A stretch of DNA of 64,000 bases from an uncultured Candidatus Rokubacteria bacterium (GTDB taxonomy: Bacteria > Methylomirabilota > Methylomirabilia > Rokubacteriales > CSP1-6): positions 320,001 to 384,000 of the forward strand of contig CAVWWD010000008.1 in assembly GCA_963758635.1 (NCBI GenBank), in the 5' to 3' direction. The notes beneath the pieces are model-generated. The model searched no databases, was not told the origin of the DNA, and worked only from the letters and a program-made list of their open reading frames with translations. Below are positions 45,684 through 55,402 of this stretch, one piece after another. Position 1 is the stretch's first letter. Every line of letters begins with the position of its first letter. A program made the position numbers and the translations under genes.

Positions 45684-46081
45684 TTTGCGAAGCGAGCCGT
45701 AGGCGAGCGGAGCGTATATGGAAATGATCTGGAAACCACCGCAGCGCGCCTGTGCGAGAGCGGAGCGCATATGGAAATGATCTGGAAACCACCGCAGCGC
45801 GCCTGTGCGAGAGCGGAGCGCATATGGAAATGATCTGGAAACCACCGCAGCGCGCCTGTGCGAGAGCGGAGCGTATATGGAAATGATCTGGAAACCACCG
45901 CAGCGCGCCTGTGCGAGAGCGGAGCGTATATGGAAATGATCTGGAAACCACCGCAGCGCGCCTGTGCGAGAGTGGAGCGCACATGGAAATGATGTGGAAC
46001 CGACCGCAGAGCGCCCTAGCCTTGCGCAGCGAGCCGAAGGCGAGCGGAGCGTATATGGAAATGCCGTGGAAACCACCGCAG
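45684..46081 (+). repeat. 53-bp tandem repeat array: 5 near-identical units plus 2 degenerate units
   Basis: Unit gagcggagcgYatatggaaatgatctggaaaccaccgcagcgcgcctgtgcga at 45705, 45758, 45811, 45864, 45917; degenerate copies at 45970 and 46042. Confidence 0.95.
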
Positions 46082-46084
46082 AGC

Positions 46085-46633
46085 GTGAAGACGAGGCGGC
46101 TACCCGCGATCTCCGTCCTCGCGGCCGTGGTCGCCCTGGTGGCCCTGGCCCTCGCGAGCGTCCCGGACGCGTGGGCGCAGAGCAAGAACCCGCCCGGCGG
46201 CGGGGACTTCGGGACGCCCCCGAGTGGGAGCAAGGGCTCGTCCACGCCCGCCCCCGCGGCCCCGGCGCCCACCGCGTCGACCGGCGACGAGCGGACGCGG
46301 CTGTTCGCCGCGGCTCCCGAGCGCGTCTTCACCGTGGCGCGCTCGACGCTCCTGAGCCTGGGCTGGAAGGTCGACAAGGAAGATCGCGACGTGGGCTGGC
46401 TCCTCACGAAGTCGCGCGGCGTCAACGGCGAGGACTTCGGCGTCTACGCCAAGGGCACCAAGCACCGGCTCCGCGTGCTCGTGAAGGGGCGCGACGGCCG
46501 CAGCGAGGTCACGGTGGAGCGCCGCCTGTGGAAGGAGGAGCGGATCCTCTTCGTGGACAAGGAAGAGGACATCGCCACCAGCGATCGAACGGTCGAGCGC
46601 CGCGTCCTCGACGCCATCGCCCAGGGGCTCTGA
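46085..46633 (+). CDS. Secreted hypothetical protein
   Basis: Signal peptide ending AWA-Q; Pro-rich linker; compact alpha/beta domain. Confidence 0.7.
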   Translation: MKTRRLPAISVLAAVVALVALALASVPDAWAQSKNPPGGGDFGTPPSGSKGSSTPAPAAPAPTASTGDERTRLFAAAPERVFTVARSTLLSLGWKVDKEDRDVGWLLTKSRGVNGEDFGVYAKGTKHRLRVLVKGRDGRSEVTVERRLWKEERILFVDKEEDIATSDRTVERRVLDAIAQGL

Positions 46634-46637
46634 GGCC

Positions 46638-48692
46638 CTGAGGGCGTCTTCTGCCGGCGCGGCGCCTTCCGCCGGCAGGTGGGCGGCGACCGGTGCCGCG
46701 CCCCTCCTCGCGCTGCTCCTGCTCCTGCCCGCCCTCGGGGCCTTCCCGTTCGACGATCCCGGCGAGGGGCAGCACGCCGAGATCGCGCGCGAGGCCTGGA
46801 CGAGCGGAGACTGGCTGACCCTCCGCCTGAACGGCGTCCGGTACCTCGACAAGCCGCCGCTCCTCTATGCGGGCATCGCGGGAGCCTTCGGCCTGTGGGG
46901 CCCGAGCGAGTGGGCGGCGCGGCTGCCGGCCGTGCTCGGGGCGGTGGCGGCGGTGGCGGCCACCGCGGTGCTCGGCGGTCGGCTCCTGGGATCCGCCGCT
47001 GGTCTCGCCGCCGGGGCGGCGCTCCTGGGGTCGATCCTCTTCGTGGCGTTCGCACGCTACGTCCGGCCCGAGACCCTCTTCGTCGCGGCCCTCCAGTGGG
47101 GGCTCACCGGCCTTCTGGTCGGTGGCCTTTCGAAGGGAGCCGGTGGCTTTGCGAAGCGAGCCGATGGCTTTGCGAAGCGAGCCGAAGGCGAGCGGAGCGC
47201 ACCCAAAAATGCCTTAGAAAACACCTTAAACCAAGAAGCTACCTCAGAAACCACTGCGGCGCCCTATCGCCACCTCTATCGTGCCGCGCGCGCCTGGCAC
47301 CTGATCGCTGGCGCCGCCCTCGGCCTGGCCGCGCTCGCGAAGGACCCGCTCGGCCTCGTGGCGCCGCTCGCGGTCGTGGCGCTGGCCGGCGCCGGCGTGC
47401 GCCCCCGGCCGCCCCGGCGATGGTGGTCGCCCGGCGCGATCGTGGTGGCGCTGGTCGTGGGCCTCGGCTGGTACGTCTTCGCCGCCCTCGCGAGCCCGGG
47501 GTTCGTCTGGTACACGGTGGTCGACAACCACCTGCTGAACGCGGCGCGTGCCCGGCGGTTCCCCGACGAGGACGTGCCGCTATCGTCTCTCGAGTTCCTG
47601 GCCGTCTCGGGTCTCGGCGCCTTTCCGTGGGTGTTCGGCGCTGCCGCGTCGGTCGCGGCGCTCGTCCAGCGTCGAGCCTGGCGGGATCCCGCGGAGACGC
47701 CGTGGGTGGCGCTCGCCCTCTGGGCTACCGGGGTGCTCGCTGTTTTCGCGCTCTCGCCGTTCAAGCTTCCGCACTACGGGCTGCCCGCCTATCCCGCGAT
47801 CGCGCTCCTCGCCGTCCGCTGGTGGATGGCCCCGGGTCGGGGCCGCCCCGGCATCGCCGTCCACGCGGCCGCGTTCGCCGCCCTTGCCGTGCTGTGCGGC
47901 GGCGCCGCGGCGGGCGACGGGCGGCTCTTCTCGGACACCGTGCTCTCGGCCACCGACGTGGCGACGCGGAAGGAGGAGGCGGCCGGCGCGGCGGGCGCGC
48001 CCGCCATCGCCTGGGCGGACCTCCAGCCCATGCTCGCGCGTTTCGCGATCGTGTTCGGCGCCGGGGCGGCCGGTCTCGCGCTGGCGACGGCGCGGCGCTC
48101 GCCGCGGCTGGGCCTGGCCGTGACGCTCGCCACGATGCTCGCGTGCGTGCCCGCGGTGAGCGCCGGCCTCGCCCACGTGGCGTCCGGCCGGTCCGTGCGG
48201 GAGCTGGCCCTGGCCGTGTCGCGGGAGGCGGGACCGGGGACCCTGGTGCTCCACGAGGGGCCGATCGAGCAGTCCGGGGCGCTCGAGTTCTATTCCGGGC
48301 GCCGCCCGATCCTGGTCGACGGGACACGGAGCGTGCTCGGTTTCGGCGCGAGCTTCGCCGATGCCTCCGAGCAGTTCTGGGACCGGACCCGCCTCGAGCG
48401 CGAGTGGGTGTCGGGCCGTCCGATGCTTCTCGTCACCCCGCGGGCGCCCGCGCGGAGCGTGGTCGGCAGCCTGCCCGCGGATCGCGTTCGGCTCGTGCTC
48501 GAGGACAACGGCCGGCGCCTCTACGCGTCGCGGGCGCCGGCCCCGCGCCGCCGGTTGCGACGACGCAGGGCGCGGGCGGGCGAAGCCCGGGCGCCCGGCG
48601 CCGGCGGTTGCGACGACGCAGGGCGCGGGCGGGCGAAGCCCGGGCGCCCGCGCCTGATGTTGCGGCCTCGTCGGCCCGTGGAGTACGGTTGA
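46638..48692 (+). CDS. Glycosyltransferase family 39/83 (ArnT/PMT-like); start uncertain
   Basis: DDPGEGQHAEIARE, DWLTLRLNG..YLDKPPL, AARLPA, LAKDP, KLPHYGLPAYP. Confidence 0.85.
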   Translation: MRASSAGAAPSAGRWAATGAAPLLALLLLLPALGAFPFDDPGEGQHAEIAREAWTSGDWLTLRLNGVRYLDKPPLLYAGIAGAFGLWGPSEWAARLPAVLGAVAAVAATAVLGGRLLGSAAGLAAGAALLGSILFVAFARYVRPETLFVAALQWGLTGLLVGGLSKGAGGFAKRADGFAKRAEGERSAPKNALENTLNQEATSETTAAPYRHLYRAARAWHLIAGAALGLAALAKDPLGLVAPLAVVALAGAGVRPRPPRRWWSPGAIVVALVVGLGWYVFAALASPGFVWYTVVDNHLLNAARARRFPDEDVPLSSLEFLAVSGLGAFPWVFGAAASVAALVQRRAWRDPAETPWVALALWATGVLAVFALSPFKLPHYGLPAYPAIALLAVRWWMAPGRGRPGIAVHAAAFAALAVLCGGAAAGDGRLFSDTVLSATDVATRKEEAAGAAGAPAIAWADLQPMLARFAIVFGAGAAGLALATARRSPRLGLAVTLATMLACVPAVSAGLAHVASGRSVRELALAVSREAGPGTLVLHEGPIEQSGALEFYSGRRPILVDGTRSVLGFGASFADASEQFWDRTRLEREWVSGRPMLLVTPRAPARSVVGSLPADRVRLVLEDNGRRLYASRAPAPRRRLRRRRARAGEARAPGAGGCDDAGRGRAKPGRPRLMLRPRRPVEYG
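47123..47262 (+). repeat. Repeat-family insertion in-frame inside the GT39 gene
   Basis: 21-bp units tggctttgcgaagcgagccga, then aggcgagcggagcg; 47169-47199 matches 45684-45714 at 30/31. Confidence 0.8.
48552..48650 (+). repeat. 46-bp direct repeat with 53-bp period
   Basis: cggttgcgacgacgcagggcgcgggcgggcgaagcccgggcgcccg at 48552 and 48605. Confidence 0.85.
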
Positions 48693-48696
48693 GCCC

Positions 48697-50127
48697 GTGA
48701 CCGACTACCTGCGCACGCTATTCCTGCACCCTCCCTCGTACGAGGGCTTCGACGGTGGTGCAGGCTCGCGCTACCAGGCCCGGCGGGAGGTGCGCTCGTT
48801 CTGGTACCCGACCTGGCTGGCCCAGGTGGCGGCGCTGGTGCCGGGATCCCGCCTCGTCGACGCGCCCCCCGCTGGCCTCGGCCTCGCCGACGTCGTCCCG
48901 ATGGCGCGGGAGTACGACCTCTGCGTGATGCACACGAGCACGCCGTCGTTCGCCTCCGACGTGCGCGTGGCGGAGGCGCTCAAGGCCGAGAACCCGGAGC
49001 TCGTCGTGGGCATGGTGGGGGCGGCGGTCGCCGTCGCGCCCGAGGCGTCGCTCCGGGCTTCCTCCGCGCTCGGCTTCGTGGCCCGCGAGGAGTTCGACTT
49101 CACCATCCAGGAGGTGGCCCAGGGCCGGCCGCTCGGCCAGGTGGCCGGGCTCTCCTACCGCGTCAACGGACATGTCGAGCACACGCCGCCCCGGCCCGTG
49201 CTCGAGGACATGGACGCGCTCCCGTTCGTCACCCCGGTCTACGCCCGGGACCTCACCGTGGAGCACTACGCGGTGGGCTACCTCGAGCATCCCTACGTGT
49301 CGCTCTACACGGGGCGCGGCTGCCGGTCGAAGTGCACGTTCTGCCTGTGGCCGCAGACGGTGGGGGGACATCGCTACCGCACCCGGAGCCCGGAGCACGT
49401 CGCCGAGGAGATCGCGCTCGCCACGCGCCTCTTCCCGCAGGTGCGGGAGTTCTTCTTCGACGACGACACGTTCACGGACGACCTTCGGCGCGCGGAGGAG
49501 ATCGCGCGGCGCCTCGGGCGCCTGGGCGTGACGTGGTCCACCAACGCCAAGGCCAACGTGCCCTACGCGACGATGAAGGTCCTGCGCGACAACGGGCTGC
49601 GGCTGCTCCTCGTGGGCTACGAGTCGGGCGACCAGGCCATCCTGAACCGCGTGCGCAAGGGCATCCGCCTCGACGTGGCCCGCCGCTTCACGCGCGAGGC
49701 GAAGTCCCTCGGCATCACGATCCACGGCACGTTCATCCTCGGCCTGCCCGGCGAGACGCGCGAGACCATCCGCGAGACGATCGCCTTCGCGCGCGAGATC
49801 GATCCCCACACCATCCAGGTGTCGCTGGCCGCGCCGTACCCCGGGACCGCGCTCTACGAGGAGGCCCGGGACAACGGCTGGCTGCAGGGCGAGACGCTGG
49901 TGGACGGGACGGGCACGCAGGTCAGCGCGCTCGGCTACCCGCACCTCTCGCGCGACGAGATCTACCGCGCGATGGACGCCTTTTACCGCGCGTTCTACTT
50001 CCGGCCCCGCAAGGTGATCTCGCTCGTTGCCGAGATGGCGCGCGACCGCCGGGTGCTGCGGCGCCGCCTCGCCGAGGGCCGCGAGTTCCTGCGGTTCCTG
50101 CGCCGCGCGCGTACGTCCGCCACATGA
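48697..50127 (+). CDS. hpnJ: Hopanoid biosynthesis-associated radical SAM protein
   Basis: PPSYEGFDGGAGSRYQARREVRSFWYPTWLAQ N-terminus; CRSKCTFC motif. Confidence 0.9.
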   Translation: MTDYLRTLFLHPPSYEGFDGGAGSRYQARREVRSFWYPTWLAQVAALVPGSRLVDAPPAGLGLADVVPMAREYDLCVMHTSTPSFASDVRVAEALKAENPELVVGMVGAAVAVAPEASLRASSALGFVAREEFDFTIQEVAQGRPLGQVAGLSYRVNGHVEHTPPRPVLEDMDALPFVTPVYARDLTVEHYAVGYLEHPYVSLYTGRGCRSKCTFCLWPQTVGGHRYRTRSPEHVAEEIALATRLFPQVREFFFDDDTFTDDLRRAEEIARRLGRLGVTWSTNAKANVPYATMKVLRDNGLRLLLVGYESGDQAILNRVRKGIRLDVARRFTREAKSLGITIHGTFILGLPGETRETIRETIAFAREIDPHTIQVSLAAPYPGTALYEEARDNGWLQGETLVDGTGTQVSALGYPHLSRDEIYRAMDAFYRAFYFRPRKVISLVAEMARDRRVLRRRLAEGREFLRFLRRARTSAT

Positions 50128-51713
50128 AGGTCCTCGTCATCGACGCGATCGCCCGCGAGGGCATCGACTTCCTCACCGCGCGCGGCTTCCAGGTGGACCA
50201 GGTCGCGAGCACGCTGCCCGCCGCCGACCTCCACGCGCGGCTCGCCGACTACGAGGCCATCATCACCCGTTCGTCGACGACGGTGACGCCGGCGTTCCTC
50301 GCCCACGCGCGCCGGCTGCGCATCCTGGGCCGCGCCGGCGTGGGCGTGGACAACATCGACGTCGACGCCTGCTCCCGGCAGGGCGTGATGGTGGTCAACG
50401 CGCCCCACGGCAACGTCGTCTCCGCGGCCGAGCACACCGTGGGCATGCTGCTCGCGCTCGTGCGGAAGATCGCGCCGGCCAACGAGCAGCTCAAGCGCCT
50501 CGCATGGGACCGCGGGATCTACGGCGCCGAGCTCTTCCGCAAGACGGTGGGGGTGATCGGCCTCGGCAAGGTGGGCTCGCGCGTGGCCGCGCGCCTCCGG
50601 GGCTTCGAGATGGAGGTGCTCGTCTACGATCCCTACATCCCGGAGGGCCGCGCCCGCGACCTCGGCGTCCGCCTGACCGACCTCGGGACCCTCCTCGCCC
50701 GCTCCGACGTGGTCACCGTGCACGTGCCGCTCAGCGACGAGACCGAGGACATGATCGCCGCGCGCGAGCTGGCGCTCATGAAGCCCGGCGTGCGCATCGT
50801 GAACTGCGCCCGCGGCGGCATCGTGAACGAGCGCGACCTGCTCGCCGCCCTCGCGTCCGGGCACGTCGCGGGCGCGGCCGTCGACGTGTGGAGCGAGGAG
50901 CCGCCGGTGTCGGACGTCCTCAAGCGGCTGATCGCCCATCCGAACGTCCTCGCGACCCCGCACCTCGGCGCGAACACGCAGGAGGCGCAGGTCAACGTGG
51001 CGGTGGACGTGGCCCGGCAGATCGCCGCGTTCCGCGACGGCGAGCTGGTCGAGCACGCGGTCAACGTGCCGGTGGGCGACCGGGAGGCGCTCGCCGAGCA
51101 GCGGCCGTTCCTCGCCCTCGCCGAGGTGCTCGGCCGCTTCTGCGTGCAGCTCGAGCGCGACAACGTCGAGCGGGTGGAGGTCGAGGTGGCCGGGCACGTG
51201 GGCCGCCGGGACCCCGAGCTGATCGCCCGCGCCGTCCTCACGGGCCTGTTCGCCGGCGTGACCGTGCAGGCGGTGAACCTGGTCAACGCGCACCTCGTCG
51301 CGCGCGATCGGGGGGTGACCCTCGCCGTGCGCACCGACGAAGAGGCGTCGGGCTACACGAACCTCGTCACCGTGACCACCCAGGCGGGGGAGAAGCGGAA
51401 GGTCATCGCGGGCACGGTGTTCGACGGCGTGCCCCGCATCGTCCGCCTGCGCGACCTCCACATCGAGTTCATCCCGGAGGGACACATCCTGGTGCTCTCC
51501 TACGAGGACCGCCCCGGCATGGTCGGACAAATCGGCTCGATCCTGGGCCGCCACAACGTGAACATCGCCTCGATGCACGTGGGCCGCCGCACCCGGCGCG
51601 GCAACGCCATCGTGGTGCTCCTGCTCGACGAGGACGTGACGCCCGAGGTCCTCGACGAGGTCACCAAGGGCGTGGACGCGGATTTCAGCCGCGTCGTGCG
51701 GCTCGGCCCGTGA
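50124..51713 (+). CDS. serA: D-3-phosphoglycerate dehydrogenase
   Basis: GRAGVGVDNID, GLGKVG, NCARGG, TPHLGANT; C-terminal ACT domain (DRPGMVG). Confidence 0.93.
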   Translation: MKVLVIDAIAREGIDFLTARGFQVDQVASTLPAADLHARLADYEAIITRSSTTVTPAFLAHARRLRILGRAGVGVDNIDVDACSRQGVMVVNAPHGNVVSAAEHTVGMLLALVRKIAPANEQLKRLAWDRGIYGAELFRKTVGVIGLGKVGSRVAARLRGFEMEVLVYDPYIPEGRARDLGVRLTDLGTLLARSDVVTVHVPLSDETEDMIAARELALMKPGVRIVNCARGGIVNERDLLAALASGHVAGAAVDVWSEEPPVSDVLKRLIAHPNVLATPHLGANTQEAQVNVAVDVARQIAAFRDGELVEHAVNVPVGDREALAEQRPFLALAEVLGRFCVQLERDNVERVEVEVAGHVGRRDPELIARAVLTGLFAGVTVQAVNLVNAHLVARDRGVTLAVRTDEEASGYTNLVTVTTQAGEKRKVIAGTVFDGVPRIVRLRDLHIEFIPEGHILVLSYEDRPGMVGQIGSILGRHNVNIASMHVGRRTRRGNAIVVLLLDEDVTPEVLDEVTKGVDADFSRVVRLGP

Positions 51714-52141
51714 GCCCGCGCGCGCCTGCGTCCCGTCCCCGGCGGCGCGCCGCCGCGCCGCGCCCGTCGGGCTTCGAGCCCCGGCCCTGGGGCGGGTTCG
51801 AGACCCTCGAGGCTGGCCCCGGCTACCAGGTCAAGCGGCTCGTCGTGGAGCCCGGGCATCGCTTCAGCTACCAGAAGCACCACATCCGCTCCGAGCACTG
51901 GGTGGTGGTCGCGGGCTCGCCCGCGGTGATCCTGAACGGACGGCGGCGCCGCCTGCGGCCGCGACAGAGCATCGACATCCCGCGCGGCGCCTGGCATCGG
52001 GCGGAGAACCCCGGGCGCGTGCCCGTCGTCATCATCGAGGTCCAGCACGGCTCGTATCTGGGCGAGGACGACATCGTCCGGCGCCAGGACGACTACGGCC
52101 GGGCCGCCGCCGCTCCCGCCCCCCGCCGCGCGGGGCGCTGA
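51710..52141 (+). CDS. Mannose-6-phosphate isomerase type II C-terminal cupin
   Basis: RPWG, SYQKHHIRSEHWVVV, IEVQHGSYLGEDDIVR..DDYGR. Confidence 0.88.
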   Translation: MSPRAPASRPRRRAAAPRPSGFEPRPWGGFETLEAGPGYQVKRLVVEPGHRFSYQKHHIRSEHWVVVAGSPAVILNGRRRRLRPRQSIDIPRGAWHRAENPGRVPVVIIEVQHGSYLGEDDIVRRQDDYGRAAAAPAPRRAGR

Positions 52142-52187
52142 CCGAACACTCCCCGCGGCGCAGCCGCACACCGAACGGAGGTCGGCC

Positions 52188-52996
52188 ATGCCGCTCTCGG
52201 TCAAGGACCTGAGCATCGATCTCGCCGTCCGCTACGGCTTCCAGGTCATGGGCGCCGTCGTCATCCTGATCGTGGGCGCCCTCGTCGCCCGCTGGATCGG
52301 CCGGCTGGCCGAGGAGTGGCTCGAGCGCCGGCACACCGAGCCGCCCATCCGCACGCTGGCCGTGCGCGTGGTGCGCGTCGTCGTGCTCGTGTTCGCCCTG
52401 GTGGTGGCGCTCGACAAGTTCGGGTTCCAGGTCGCGCCGCTCGTGGCGGGCATCGGCGTGGCCGGCATCGGCATCGGCATCGCGCTGCAGGGCGTGCTCG
52501 TCCAACGTCGTCGCCGGCCTCACGATCATCCTGACCAAGCCCTTCCGCGTGGGCGAGCACATCGCGCTGCTCGGCGTGTACGGCGACGTGAGCCGCATCG
52601 AGCTGTTCTCGACGACGCTCGCGCATCCCGACCGGTCGCGCGTCGTCATTCCCAACCGGAAGATCGTCGGGGAGATCCTCCACAACTTCGGGACCGTGCG
52701 GCAGCTCCCGCTCACCGTCCACGTGGCGTACCGGTCGGATCCGGCGACGGTCCGTCGCCCTGGCCCGCGAGGTGCTGGCCGCGGACCCGCGCGTGCTGCG
52801 CGAGCCCGAGCCCGTGGTGGGGATCTCGGCGCTGGCCGAGTCCGGGATCGCGGTGGCGGTGAAGCCGTGGGTCGCGGTGGCCGACTTCGAGGGGGCCCGC
52901 GCCGAGATCTACCAGGCGCTCGTCGCCGGCCTCCGCGCGCGCTCGATCGACGTCGCGGTGCCGCGGCGCGAGGTGCGCCTGGAGTCCGCGGCCTGA
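52188..52996 (+). CDS. Mechanosensitive channel MscS family; indels
   Basis: 3 TM segments; GIALQG, KPFRVGEHI, VVIPNRKI. Confidence 0.85.
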
Positions 52997-53018
52997 GCGG
53001 GGCGGGCGCCGGCAGGGG

Positions 53019-53688
53019 TCACTCGAGCCAGCTCGAGACGCCGAGCGCGATCGCGCCGATGCCGAGGTACTCGTGCAGCACGACCTCGAAGGTGCGGCGG
53101 CGCCGCCACCAGTCGTCGGGGGAGAAGCCGCTCCGGGTGGAGGCGTGCACGGCGGCGTGCATCCCGTTCGCGGGCAGGCGCGTCCAGATCATCTTGACCC
53201 GCCGGGTGTGATCGGGCGAGGTGACGAGGATGACGTCGCCGGTAGCCCGCGGCGGCGGCGGCCTGCTGCACGACGCGCATCTCGGCCTCGGTGATCGCCA
53301 CGACCTCGGTGAGGGGGACGATGGCCGCGGCGGGAACGCCCAGCTTCTCGAGGGCGAGCCGCGCCTCCTCCTGGAAGGTGTGGGTGCGGATGCCGAAGCG
53401 CAGCAGCGCCACGTGGCCCCCGGTCATCCCCGGCCGGGACACGATGACCCGAGGGGCCAGGCCGCGCTTGAAGAGCTCTGCCGCCTCGCGCTCGCGGCCG
53501 GGCGTGCCGCCCGCCACGACCACGATCGCGTCGGCGGGGCCCAGCGGCTCGCTCACGATGAGCCAGCGGCCCACCGATCTCAAGACGGGCCCGGAGAGGA
53601 AGAGGCCGGCCACGACGAGGACGGCCACGCCGGCGAGGATGCCGGCGAGCCAGCGGGCGGCGCGGCGCCGCGTCGGCGGGCGGGTCAT
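53019..53688 (-). CDS. YdcF/DUF218 family protein; indel near 53236
   Basis: ADAIVVVAGG, ILVTSPDHTRR, HEYLG. Confidence 0.8.
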
Positions 53689-54843
53689 CGGGGCGGGAGC
53701 CCGGACAGGTACTCCCGGATGCGCGGGGCATCTGCGGCGTCGGGACTGATCTCGAGGTAGCGCTCCCACGCCGCGCGCGCCTCTGCGCGCGCTCCGGCCT
53801 GGTAGTACAGGACTCCGAGCTGCCGGTAGGGCTCGGCCAGCGCCGGGTCGAGGGCGGCGGCGCGCTCGTAGGCTCCACGGGCGCGCGCCACCAGGGCGGC
53901 GGCGTCGGCCGGGCGCCGCTGCGCCTCCAGCCGGAGGATCTCGCCCTCCGCCACGTGCGCTGGCGCGTCGGCCGGCGCGACGGCGAGCGCGCGGTCGATC
54001 TGGGTCCGGGCGAGCGCGAAGCGCCCCGCCCGGGCGGCGAGCACGGCGTTGTCGCGCAGGACGGGCCGAAGCCGGCGGTCGAACTCCTCCGCGTCGCGGG
54101 CCGGGCCGTCGGGCGGCGGCGGGTCGGAGCGCGCTTGCAGGAGGTCTCGGGCGGAGTCGAGGCGGTCGGCGCGCCCGCGCCGGCTCCCCAGGAAGAACGG
54201 TCCCGCGGCGTCGGCCGTCTCGTCCGCGGCCAGGCGCTCGAAGATCCGGACGAACTCGCGCGGGTCGTAGCCAGCGCGCGCCATCGCCTCGATGGCCGCC
54301 CGGTCCGCGTCGCGCTCACGCTGGCGGCCCTGACCGTCCAGGTCGGCGGCGCGGGCCATGGGCAGATCGGCCCCCACGAAGAGCGGGGGGGTCGGGGGAA
54401 AGCCGTCGGCGGACGCCGTGGCGCCGGGCGCTGCCGCGTGACGGGCGGCCGCGTGCGCCACCTCGCGCCCGAGCACGGCGGCGAGCTGCGCCTCGTTGTC
54501 GACGCGCGCGAGGAGACCGGTGTGCACGGCGACGGTGCCGTCGGGCAGGGCGAAGGCGCCGGGCAGGGGCTCGCGCAGCACGAGCACCGTCATGGCGGGC
54601 GCGTCGGCGGGCGCGAGGCGCCGCGCGATCGTCGTGAGGTAGGCGGCGAGCGCGGGGTCGTCGTAGGCGCGCGCGCCGCCGGCAAGCCGGCGCGATTCCT
54701 TCTCGGCCTCCGCGCGGCGCTTCTGCTCGTCGGACGGCAGCCGCGCGTCCTGCGGCGGGCGTCCGGAGTCGGCGAGCGCGGACGCGCAGCCGCCGAGCGC
54801 GAGGATGACGCCCACGACGCCCAAAAGCTTGGTGGCGCGCGCA
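53685..54843 (-). CDS. M48 peptidase-like lipoprotein with TPR; Zn motif reads RExxH; start approximate
   Basis: LGGC lipobox; AFALPDGTVAVHTGLL..VDNEAQLAAVLGREVAH; ERDAD; AGYDP; TPR C-terminus. Confidence 0.8.
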
Positions 54844-54879
54844 CGCCGGCGGTAGCATGAGCCGCAGGAGGTGACGCGG

Positions 54880-55275
54880 ATGCGCCGTATGGCCGTGCTC
54901 GCGATCTCGCTCGTGATCCTCGCTGGATGCGCGTCGTCGGCCTCGCGGCCGCAGCGCAGCGAGTTCGAGGACGTACCGGTGCCGAAGGGCCTGACGCTGG
55001 ATTCGTCCAAGTCGACGATCATCGAGTCCCCGTCGGTCAAGGCAGCCCGGCTCTTCTACAAGGGGCGTCTCGAGCCGGATAGCCTCGGGACGGCCTTCCG
55101 CACCACGCTCGAGGCCAACGGGTGGAAGCAGTTGTCGTCCACGCTGTCCTCGGGGAAGGGTACCACGCAGATCTACGAGAAGGCCGGCAGCTCCCTCCAG
55201 ATCCTGATCTACGAGGGCATGTACTACACGTGGGTGGAGCTGTCCGCCACCCGCGTCGTCGCCACCCCGCGATAG
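54880..55275 (+). CDS. Hypothetical lipoprotein
   Basis: LAGC lipobox; FEDVPVPKGL. Confidence 0.75.
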   Translation: MRRMAVLAISLVILAGCASSASRPQRSEFEDVPVPKGLTLDSSKSTIIESPSVKAARLFYKGRLEPDSLGTAFRTTLEANGWKQLSSTLSSGKGTTQIYEKAGSSLQILIYEGMYYTWVELSATRVVATPR

Positions 55276-55402
55276 GGAAGGGCGTCCGCCCCACTAGCGG
55301 ATCATCCGGCCGCGGGGTGGGGCCGGGCGCAGCCCGGGTGCCCGCGCTCATCACGGATCGTCTGGCCGCAGAGGGCGGGCGGGCGCAGCCCGGGGGCCCG
55401 CC

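Noticed and set aside
45684..46081. CRISPR array
   Set aside because: The units are contiguous and nearly identical, with no unique spacers, and there are no cas genes in the window
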